A stretch of 64,000 nucleotides of DNA from a virus. Where the stretch lies: positions 1-64,000 of IMG/VR virus record IMGVR_UViG_3300034103_001746; one strand, given 5' to 3'. Each line of letters starts with the position of its first letter. The first letter of the stretch is position 1. Made by a program: the position numbers and the translations under genes. Positions 55,992-64,000 of the stretch are shown one piece after another. Under the pieces are notes generated by a model. The model had not been told where the DNA came from. It made no database searches and saw only the letters and a program-made list of their open reading frames with translations.

Positions 55992-56029
55992 TTCGCAACT
56001 TTTAAAGTTCCAATAATCCGGAGACTATC

Positions 56030-57064
56030 ATGCCAAATAATCGTATTTTTTATGCTTGTCAAGCAGTTCAACTAAGAGGTCCAAGTGGTGATGTTTCCCC
56101 ACAGTTTACCACATACGACACAATAGCGGGCTTACAAAGTGTTGGTATGAATACCAATTTTAATCTTGAGCCAATTTATCAATTAGGTCAACTAGATTTA
56201 TATGATAATTTTGAAGAAATTCCAGAGGTTGAAATTACACTTAATAAAGTTCTTGATAGTAGTGCTACTATTTATAGTATGGCTATGGGTACTGGTAATT
56301 TAGTCAGTTTAGGGAATAATCGTTGTGGAGCCAGACTACTACTTTACCCAGACACAAACACTGCTGCAACAGGTGTCCCCCTCGCTCAAGTAGAGTGCGA
56401 GCCAGCATACCTATCATCTGTTACATATACTTTCCCAACAGAAGGTAGTGCTACAGAAGAGGTTACTCTTGTAAGTAATGATAAAACATGGGCTACAACA
56501 CTAGCTTCACTATCTGGAGCACCAGAACATACCTCTCCTGGTGGGGTTGGTATTATTCGTCGTGGCTTGGTAAATAGAGCAGCATGTCTATTTCCAACAG
56601 GTGTTAGTGGTAGTCTTGAGAGTCTCGCTGTCTCTGGAGGCATGCCTGCTGGAATTACCATTAGCAACATTACAGTTAGTATGAATCTTGGACGCGAGCA
56701 GATTCGTGAACTCGGTCGCAGAACACCAGTTGTTCGTTATGTAAGTTTCCCAGTAGAAGTTACATGTGAAATCGAAACAGTAGCAAACACTGGTGATATG
56801 GTCGGTGTTTCTGGTTCTGCTTCTGCTTCTTGCTCTAATCCCAAGGCTCTTGCCAATAAAGCGATCAGAATCGCCCTTTGCGACGGTATGGTTATTGATC
56901 TTGGTAATAAGTGCAAGCTTACTAGTGTAAATTATACTGGTGGTGATACTGGTGGTGGCAATGCTGCTATTACATACAGCTACCAGACATACAATGCTTT
57001 CACATATACTGCCCCAACCGGAGCAGCTAGTGATACATTATCTCAGACCGAAGTTTTAGACTGA
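56030..57064 (+). CDS. major tail tube protein
   Basis: two internal repeats (EPIYQLG / EQIRELG), GGAG RBS, followed by a strong hairpin. Confidence 0.65.
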   Translation: MPNNRIFYACQAVQLRGPSGDVSPQFTTYDTIAGLQSVGMNTNFNLEPIYQLGQLDLYDNFEEIPEVEITLNKVLDSSATIYSMAMGTGNLVSLGNNRCGARLLLYPDTNTAATGVPLAQVECEPAYLSSVTYTFPTEGSATEEVTLVSNDKTWATTLASLSGAPEHTSPGGVGIIRRGLVNRAACLFPTGVSGSLESLAVSGGMPAGITISNITVSMNLGREQIRELGRRTPVVRYVSFPVEVTCEIETVANTGDMVGVSGSASASCSNPKALANKAIRIALCDGMVIDLGNKCKLTSVNYTGGDTGGGNAAITYSYQTYNAFTYTAPTGAASDTLSQTEVLD

Positions 57065-57092
57065 TTATAGTTAGCTAGATAATAACTCAATT

Positions 57093-57134
57093 ATAATAAG
57101 AGGCGTCGCTTGACAAGGCGATGTCTCTTATTAT
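57093..57134 (+). terminator. long hairpin or terminator
   Basis: ATAATAAGAGGCGTCGC/GCGATGTCTCTTATTAT. Confidence 0.75.
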
Positions 57135-57185
57135 TTATATATAGTGCTATTGTTTAATTAACTATTAATTTAAAAGGAATTATAT

Positions 57186-57314
57186 ATGGAAGAACTATTT
57201 ACTCTTATTGGTAAATTATACTATGACCTTGTTCGCGCACAAGGTATTATAGAAAATCTTAAAAAACAACTAGATGTTGCTAAACAGGTTCAAGCTGTTA
57301 ATGATCAAGAATAA
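57186..57314 (+). CDS. 42-aa coiled-coil peptide (absent from ORF track)
   Basis: AAGGA RBS; MEELFTLIGKLYYDL... Confidence 0.5.
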   Translation: MEELFTLIGKLYYDLVRAQGIIENLKKQLDVAKQVQAVNDQE

Positions 57315-57316
57315 GA

Positions 57317-58348
57317 GTGTTAGACCAAAGAAATATTGAATATTTAGTTCATAGAATATTGTCTGGAAAAACTGTTTTTCAATATAATAATATTCTTTAT
57401 GAATTACATAAACCATCTTTAGAATTAAGACTACAATCTGATTTAATCTATCAAGAAGCATATGCTTCTAATTTATATGATAATTTTTGGTTATTAGAAG
57501 ATATACCTAACCTAGCTATAGAAATTGGATTGTTAGATTTAAACTATAAGAAAAATATAGAGAGAATAGAAAAAATTTTGGAAAATAATAAATTAGAATT
57601 ATTTCAACAATATTTTGATTTAACTAAAAGAAAAAAAAATAAACTAAGAATAGAACAAACTAAAAAACAAGTTAATAAACTATATCAAGATCTTCATTAT
57701 TTAGATTATTTATCTTTAGAGCATTATTGTGAAAAAATTAAAAATGAATTTTTAATTACACATTGTTTATACTATGTTAAAGATTTTAAATTAGTATTTA
57801 ATTATAAAAATATAGAATATAATACATTTAATAGTATTATGTCAGAAATATCTAATAATATTATACCGATAGAAACCTATAAACAAATAGCTAGGCATGA
57901 ATATTGGAAAAATCTGTGGGCTAATAATAAATTTAATATTTTAAACGAACCAGTCAATCAATGGTCCGATGAACAAAAAACAATATTTAATATTTCAACT
58001 ATGTATGATAAAATATACGAACATCCCGAGGCTCCTGTTGAAGATATTATAGCTGATGATGATGCTCTTGATGGCTGGATGATTCATCAAAGAAGAGAAA
58101 ATTTAAAACAAAAACAAGAAAAGGGTGTAGATACTATGTTGTCAGACAAAGTTCGTAACTCGTCTGAAATATTTTTGATGGCCCCTAATAAAGAACAAGC
58201 GGAAACTATTAAGGAATTTAATAGCGAACATTCATTGAGACGAATGCAACAGAAGATAGACTTTGTTAAGTCTCAACAAGGACCAATAAAAGAAGCTCAG
58301 TTACCGGATGTAAGAGAAGACATTAGAGAACAAATTAAAGGAAAATAA
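57317..58348 (+). CDS. probable tail assembly chaperone-like protein
   Basis: position; YDKIYEHPEAP..IIADDDALDGW. Confidence 0.45.
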   Translation: MLDQRNIEYLVHRILSGKTVFQYNNILYELHKPSLELRLQSDLIYQEAYASNLYDNFWLLEDIPNLAIEIGLLDLNYKKNIERIEKILENNKLELFQQYFDLTKRKKNKLRIEQTKKQVNKLYQDLHYLDYLSLEHYCEKIKNEFLITHCLYYVKDFKLVFNYKNIEYNTFNSIMSEISNNIIPIETYKQIARHEYWKNLWANNKFNILNEPVNQWSDEQKTIFNISTMYDKIYEHPEAPVEDIIADDDALDGWMIHQRRENLKQKQEKGVDTMLSDKVRNSSEIFLMAPNKEQAETIKEFNSEHSLRRMQQKIDFVKSQQGPIKEAQLPDVREDIREQIKGK

Positions 58349-58350
58349 TT

Positions 58351-58653
58351 ATGTATGATCCAGATCGTTTACGTTTTTATATGGAAAAAAGAATTCAAAC
58401 AACCATGATAGGTGCCTTAGCTCGCATAGAGGATAGTTTAGGGTTTTTGTGGGGACAAGATAAAGACCCAAATATCCCACTAACCCCAGAAGAAGAAAAG
58501 TTTGCAGATATCTGGGACTATTTGCGTAACGATATTTTAAATTACGGAAATAAACAAATACGACAACTTAAGGATGATTTTCATAAATATGGCGGCATCT
58601 TTAAAAGCACTTACCAATACAACTTCCCCGTTAAAAAGGATAATGACAAATGA
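58351..58653 (+). CDS. hypothetical protein
   Basis: AAGGA RBS, overlap with the next gene. Confidence 0.65.
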   Translation: MYDPDRLRFYMEKRIQTTMIGALARIEDSLGFLWGQDKDPNIPLTPEEEKFADIWDYLRNDILNYGNKQIRQLKDDFHKYGGIFKSTYQYNFPVKKDNDK

Positions 58654-59525
58654 AAACTGAAAACTTTACTGTTACAAAAGACGATAAAGATATTGCACTA
58701 GTTGTTCGATCACCTTCTTTAGAAGATCAAAGAGAAGCACAAAAAACGTATAATCAAGCTTTTACAGATGCTATCAAATCCAAGGCTGTAGTAAGAGCAA
58801 AATTAGACGATTTATTAGAAGAACAAGGTTTGTGGAATAAAGAGAAACAGGCTAAGTTTACAGAGCTACAACAACAAATTCTTGATGGCGAAAAAAGATT
58901 AGCTAAAGGTGGCTTTAATATTAAAGAGGCTAAAAATTTAGCTCTAGAAATGAAAAAGACCAGAGAAGAAATAAGAGAACTTATTAGTGTTAGAACATCA
59001 TTAGATAACCATAGTGCAGAAGGACAGGCAGATAATGCTAGATTTAACTACTTAGTATCATCTTGCGTGGTGTATAAAGATACTAATGAACGTTATTTTA
59101 AAAGTTTGGAAGATTATTTGAGCAGACCTGATGATCCAGCAGCGCTACTTGGTGCTCAAAAATTGGCTAACATGATATATGGTTTAGATAATAATTTTGA
59201 AAAAAACTTACCAGAAAACAAGTTTTTACAAAAATATAGGTTTGTTGATGATAAGTTGCGGTTGATTGATAAACAAGGTCGTTTGGTGGATGTTGAAGGA
59301 CGATTGATAGACGAAAATGGTCGGTTTATTAATGATAAGGGTGAATTTGTTGATAAATTCGGCAATAGAGTAGACGCAGAAGGTGATTATGTTGTTGATG
59401 CACAACCATTTTTAGATGATGACGGAAACCCCATAGTTCTAGCAAATGAAAACACCATTACAACAACTACAGAAACAGAACATTCTAGCGTACCATCACC
59501 AGAAGTGGCTAAAGAAGACGTTTGA
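58650..59525 (+). CDS. probable tail assembly chaperone with DxxGRLVD repeats
   Basis: immediately before the tape measure gene; 7-aa beta repeats at the C-terminus. Confidence 0.5.
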   Translation: MKTENFTVTKDDKDIALVVRSPSLEDQREAQKTYNQAFTDAIKSKAVVRAKLDDLLEEQGLWNKEKQAKFTELQQQILDGEKRLAKGGFNIKEAKNLALEMKKTREEIRELISVRTSLDNHSAEGQADNARFNYLVSSCVVYKDTNERYFKSLEDYLSRPDDPAALLGAQKLANMIYGLDNNFEKNLPENKFLQKYRFVDDKLRLIDKQGRLVDVEGRLIDENGRFINDKGEFVDKFGNRVDAEGDYVVDAQPFLDDDGNPIVLANENTITTTTETEHSSVPSPEVAKEDV

Positions 59526-59559
59526 TTTAATTAATATTGTAATTTTGAGTTTTTCAAAC

Positions 59560-59599
59560 ATAGCACCACGCTGTCGCAACAGTGTGGTGTTATTTTTTT
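59560..59599 (+). terminator. intrinsic terminator or attenuator before the tape measure gene
   Basis: AGCACCACGCTGT/ACAGTGTGGTGTT stem plus T-run. Confidence 0.75.
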
Positions 59600-59610
59600 A
59601 GGGAAAAATT

Positions 59611-62600
59611 ATGTCTAGAGGATTTAATTTAACAGCAGAAATCAATCTTCGTGGACCCGCAAATATTCGTACTGTTGTTGCGGATATTAGGCGTCAATTA
59701 GGCACTATTACGGCAGATGTGAATGTTAGAGTTAGTCCTAATGCCACAAGAAATATTACAGCTATTAATCAGGCTCTTAGTAGATTAAATACAACCTTAA
59801 GCGATACCAATAGATTAGCTACACAAGCTACTACCACACTAAATGGGCTTGCTAACGCTGGTCGGCAAGTATCTACTAGTTTATCTAACTTGCCGCGCAC
59901 TATTCAAAACTCAGCCTCTGCCGTTACACAGCTAAATAACAGAACAAACCAAGCTGCTCAAAATTTACAGGTCGCTAGAACAGAATTTGAAGAATTCGGC
60001 AGACAATCGGCTTTGGCCGTTAGAAGATTTGCTGCTTTTGCTACGGTAACCGGAGCAATATTTAAAGTAAGCAATGCGATTAGCTCCGCATCAGCAGAAT
60101 TTGTAGCATTTAATAAAGAATTAGTTAGAGTAGCTCAAGTTACAGACACGTCTGTATCTAATCTTGGTGGATTAGTTAAAGAAATTACATCTTTGTCTAC
60201 TAGATTTGGAGTAGCGTCTAAGGAATTAATACAAGTATCTAGCACATTAGCACAAGCTGGTTTAAGCGCTAGAGATACAGAGAAAGCTCTTCAGGCATTA
60301 GCTCTTAGTGCTATGGCTCCGTCGTTTGATAGCTTAAACGATACCGTAGAAGGTAGTATTGCATTGATGAGACAGTTTAATATTGGGGCTAAAGATTTAG
60401 AAAAGGCTTTAGGTTCTGTAAATGCTGTTTCTGCTAAGTTTGCTGTAGAAGCTAGTGATATTATCACAGCCATACAGCGCACAGGTGGTGTGTTTGCGGC
60501 TGCTAGTAGAGGCGTTAGCGAAGGTACTGATGCTCTCAATCAATTTATTGCAGTATTTACTAGTGTGCGAGCCACAACTCGTGAAAGCGCTGAAACTATT
60601 GCTACTGGTTTAAGAACTATTTTTACGCGTATTCAAAGATCAGGCACAATTGATGCATTAAAAGAATATGGTGTTGTATTAACAGATTTACAAGGCAAGT
60701 TCGTTGGACCATATGAAGCTGTTCGTAAATTAGCAGAAGGCTTGAATCAATTAGATCCAAGAGATTTAAGATTCTCAAGAATTGTAGAAGAACTTGGTGG
60801 TTTCCGTCAGATTGGCAAAGTGATTCCACTTATTCAACAATTCGCAACGGCGCAACAAGCATTAATAGTGGCTCAAAAAGGACAAGGCTCTTTAGCTAAT
60901 GACGCGGCTACGGCTCAACAAGCATTGGCTGTTAAAATTTCAAAAGTTAGAGAAGAATTTATAGCATTAATTAGAAGCGTTGGTCAAAGCGATAGTTTTC
61001 AAAATTTTGTTAAATTAAGTTTAGATTTAGCTAGTGCTTTAATAAAAGTAGCAGATTCAGCAAAAGGCGTGCTCCCTGCTTTAACAGCAATTGCCGCTAT
61101 TAGAGGAGTTAGTTTTCTTACACAATTTTCTAGGGGTTTTGCTGGAGGTTTACGTCGCCAGAATAGCGGTGGTCCAGTAAGAGGATTTGCGTCTGGCGGC
61201 TTGGTTCCTGGTGTTGGGAATGGAGATACTGTTCCCGCCATGCTTACACCAGGAGAATTTGTTATTAGAAAAAAAGCCGTAGAAACCATTGGTACTGAAA
61301 ATTTAGCTAAAATGAATAGAGGAGGCAATGTTCAGAAATTTGGTATGGGTAGGGGCGTTAAAGGTCGTAGAGGCGCTCGTAGTCGTTTTAAAGAACTTAC
61401 TTCGGAAGAAATGGATAGTTTAAGCACCCCCGATCTTATCAAATACGGCAAGGCATTAGCTAGAGATATATTTAGCACTGGAGGAGCAGGATTAGTTACT
61501 AGTAGTAAGTTCATTCCTGTTCCACAAGAAAGAATAACACCAGAACTTGAACCGCATTTGCAGAATTATCTTGGTAAAAAGGGCTATTGGAAACCAGAAG
61601 TGTCTAAATTCGGCAGGATGGATGAAACCAAAATATCCAAACAAAAAAATAAATTATCACGAGAAGAAGCGCTTAAAAAACAAGAATCACGACTATCAGA
61701 TGAAGTTGCTGCACGAGCACAACAATGGACTAAAATTAGAACTGGATCATCTATTGATAATTATTTATTATCTGTATTGAAAGATCCAATTTTAACTGAT
61801 TATAAAACAGCTCGTAGCGGAAGTAGTTTATCTAAACCATTCCATAACACTAGACTAAGACAAGAAGTTAATAAAGCATTAGAACAATTTGATGATTTTG
61901 ATTATAGCGCTGGTAATATTGATAAATTAGTCTCCAGTTTCGCTGCTAAAAAATTTGCAGATGGTGGTATGGTTCAAAAATTTATGGCTGGTACATTTGT
62001 CAAAAAAATACAACCTAAGAATAAACAACCTAAAATTTTAACAAAACTTCAAGAACAACTATTATCTAATGTAGAGAGTTTGGGTGGCCCTAGCAGAGTT
62101 GGTCAATTAGCATTCAATGCTCTCAATGATATAGATAGAAGAGCATATTCAGTATCATATCCTAAAGATATTCAAAATATAGTTAAATCAAATAGTATTA
62201 AGTCCGCTAGTCCGACAATACTAGATAAAATTCAATATTTTGTATCTAAGGCTAAAGAAAATATAGCCAAAACCAAAGAACAAGAGTCTCAGAAACAAAA
62301 TAAAATTGACGAGCAAATTAAATCTAATAACTATTTAGAGTTTGCCATTGCTGGCCTAAGACAAGGCGGCGGGTTTCCAAGTGCAATAACTGAGATTACA
62401 CCAGAAACCCAGCAAACAGTTAAATTATATAGTGGTTCATTAAATAATCGACAAGGTAAAAAAATAGAAAGAAAATTATTTCAAGATTTTCGTAACACAA
62501 TCGCTAAGATTGCAAGTAGTTTATCTAGTACTATTAATGCTCAACCTAACTTAAATTTATTAGATCAATCAATTAATAATTCTGGATTTTCTAATGTAGT

Positions 62601-64000
62601 AGGTTCCGCACTAGAATCTGTGATAGGTGTTATCGGTGCCCCTTATGTACAAAAAACCGAAGAAAGTAAATCTATTGACTTTCGAGAAGGATTAGGATCA
62701 GCGGCAAAATTATTTGGTTTGCCTAAATCAAATATACCTACTGATGTTACTAGAACTCTTGGTGGCAACGGTAAAAGTCTTAATGATATGATTGGCCAAA
62801 TCGATAGATATTTAAAAAATTATAAAAAATTTCCAGTTAAAAAAGCATTAGGTGGATTGATACAGGAGTTTGCTCAAGGAGGATCCCCTGAAGATACTGT
62901 TCCAGCGCTATTAACTCCAGGCGAGTTTGTTATTAACAAGAAGGCTGCCGCTAGAATAGGATCCGCCACACTTCATAAATTAAATCATGCTGATAAAGTA
63001 CAAGGATTTAATAGAGGTGGTCCAGTTGGAGGGGTTTATAGATTTGCTAGAGGTGGATCAGCACCAGGAGACTATACTGCTAATATAGAAGGAGCAGTAC
63101 AAAGAGCGTTTCAAGATTTTGATGGTTTTATGAAAACTTTTGGCGATATGGTAAGTAGTAGAAGAGATGCTTTATATAAGCAAAATCGTAGATCAGGTAT
63201 GTCAGCAAGTGATGCTAAACAAAGTGCTGATATTCAAGCAAGAGGAGAAGGTGCTCAGTATTTAGCTGATAGAGGCATTATCAGACAAGGAGTGGCAACC
63301 GGATTAGGTAGAACATTGAATCCATCTGGTCCAGAAGCTCAGGCTGGGGCTAGATTTATTGTTCAAAGCATGCAAAAAGCCGCACAAGCTTCACAACAAG
63401 TGGCTCAAAATTCTAGCAAGACAGCTGGGTTTTTTGATAAATTAAAATCTACAGCATCATCAGCTGCCACTTCTATCGGTGGATTTTTAGGCAGATTCAG
63501 AGGTGGCAATCTTACTCCGGAAGAAAGACAAGCTAAACAAAATAGAAGAATGGCAATTGCAAACGCTGGTATGGCAGCCACATTTGCTTTACCTATGTTA
63601 GCAGATCAATTGGGTGGTTCTATTGGTGGTAAAACCGGCGCTGGTATTGCTGGTGCAGCCACGGGTTTCGGTACCGCTGTTGGTATAGGTTCTCAATTTG
63701 GTCCTTATGGAGCTTTGGCTGGAGCTATCGCCGGTACTGTTATGGCTATTGATGGATATAATCAAGGTATTATTCAGAGAGAAAAAGAAATCAGTGAAAA
63801 GAAAATCGAGACAGAAAGCAAAACAGCTGATACATCTTTACAAAACTTAGAAAAAAACCCCAATAATATAGCCGCAACATCAGCCGTAGTGAACAGTATA
63901 CAAAGGATGGCCACGGAAGAAGATAAGATTATGTCTAATAATCGAGAGTTGAGAAAGCCCACAACTCTACAAACTGTGGGATCTTATCTATCGTTTGGTT
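59611..64000 (+). CDS. tail tape measure protein (partial, open to the window end, more than 1460 aa)
   Basis: MSRGFNLTAEINL..; TP901-type TMP core (LAQAG..TRESAETIATGLRTIFTRI); DTVPAxLTPGEFV twice; missing from the ORF track because no stop falls in the window. Confidence 0.88.
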   Translation, partial: MSRGFNLTAEINLRGPANIRTVVADIRRQLGTITADVNVRVSPNATRNITAINQALSRLNTTLSDTNRLATQATTTLNGLANAGRQVSTSLSNLPRTIQNSASAVTQLNNRTNQAAQNLQVARTEFEEFGRQSALAVRRFAAFATVTGAIFKVSNAISSASAEFVAFNKELVRVAQVTDTSVSNLGGLVKEITSLSTRFGVASKELIQVSSTLAQAGLSARDTEKALQALALSAMAPSFDSLNDTVEGSIALMRQFNIGAKDLEKALGSVNAVSAKFAVEASDIITAIQRTGGVFAAASRGVSEGTDALNQFIAVFTSVRATTRESAETIATGLRTIFTRIQRSGTIDALKEYGVVLTDLQGKFVGPYEAVRKLAEGLNQLDPRDLRFSRIVEELGGFRQIGKVIPLIQQFATAQQALIVAQKGQGSLANDAATAQQALAVKISKVREEFIALIRSVGQSDSFQNFVKLSLDLASALIKVADSAKGVLPALTAIAAIRGVSFLTQFSRGFAGGLRRQNSGGPVRGFASGGLVPGVGNGDTVPAMLTPGEFVIRKKAVETIGTENLAKMNRGGNVQKFGMGRGVKGRRGARSRFKELTSEEMDSLSTPDLIKYGKALARDIFSTGGAGLVTSSKFIPVPQERITPELEPHLQNYLGKKGYWKPEVSKFGRMDETKISKQKNKLSREEALKKQESRLSDEVAARAQQWTKIRTGSSIDNYLLSVLKDPILTDYKTARSGSSLSKPFHNTRLRQEVNKALEQFDDFDYSAGNIDKLVSSFAAKKFADGGMVQKFMAGTFVKKIQPKNKQPKILTKLQEQLLSNVESLGGPSRVGQLAFNALNDIDRRAYSVSYPKDIQNIVKSNSIKSASPTILDKIQYFVSKAKENIAKTKEQESQKQNKIDEQIKSNNYLEFAIAGLRQGGGFPSAITEITPETQQTVKLYSGSLNNRQGKKIERKLFQDFRNTIAKIASSLSSTINAQPNLNLLDQSINNSGFSNVVGSALESVIGVIGAPYVQKTEESKSIDFREGLGSAAKLFGLPKSNIPTDVTRTLGGNGKSLNDMIGQIDRYLKNYKKFPVKKALGGLIQEFAQGGSPEDTVPALLTPGEFVINKKAAARIGSATLHKLNHADKVQGFNRGGPVGGVYRFARGGSAPGDYTANIEGAVQRAFQDFDGFMKTFGDMVSSRRDALYKQNRRSGMSASDAKQSADIQARGEGAQYLADRGIIRQGVATGLGRTLNPSGPEAQAGARFIVQSMQKAAQASQQVAQNSSKTAGFFDKLKSTASSAATSIGGFLGRFRGGNLTPEERQAKQNRRMAIANAGMAATFALPMLADQLGGSIGGKTGAGIAGAATGFGTAVGIGSQFGPYGALAGAIAGTVMAIDGYNQGIIQREKEISEKKIETESKTADTSLQNLEKNPNNIAATSAVVNSIQRMATEEDKIMSNNRELRKPTTLQTVGSYLSFG

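Noticed and set aside
57317-59610. Programmed frameshift in the tail chaperone genes
   Set aside because: No convincing slippery heptamer with an overlapping shifted ORF identified before the tape measure gene.
16973-64000. Stop-codon reassignment
   Set aside because: Genes are long and tightly packed under code 11, and TAA, TGA and TAG all end genes.

Overview
Part of a large tailed dsDNA phage genome (siphovirus-like), with a weak hint of a Planctomycetota host. Positions 1-~15 kb are a comparatively GC-richer early/accessory region of about 35 short minus-strand ORFs plus tRNA-Arg(UCU). It is punctuated by repeated regulatory cassettes: 12 copies of a 42-bp paired palindrome (TGCCA-N3-TGGCA twice, always 29 bp start-to-start), about 20 sigma70-like promoters (mostly 16-bp spacer) often overlapped by sigma28-like boxes, and 8 sigma54 -24/-12 boxes. 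Inside it, 5739-7426 is almost non-coding and reads as a tandem array of highly base-paired minus-strand RNA modules (several pseudoknots, one atypical tRNA-like cloverleaf) with internal promoters and a recurring ATACAA linker; this is the best candidate for an undescribed system. From ~16.97 kb the AT-rich plus strand encodes a sigma-like factor, probable TerS, GDP-mannose 4,6-dehydratase, HNH and ERCC4 nucleases, an intein-containing TerL, portal, protease/scaffold, decoration, major capsid, many fibre/appendage proteins (one of 3409 aa), neck, tail tube, chaperones and the start of a modular tape measure protein. All calls were made by eye, without database searches.
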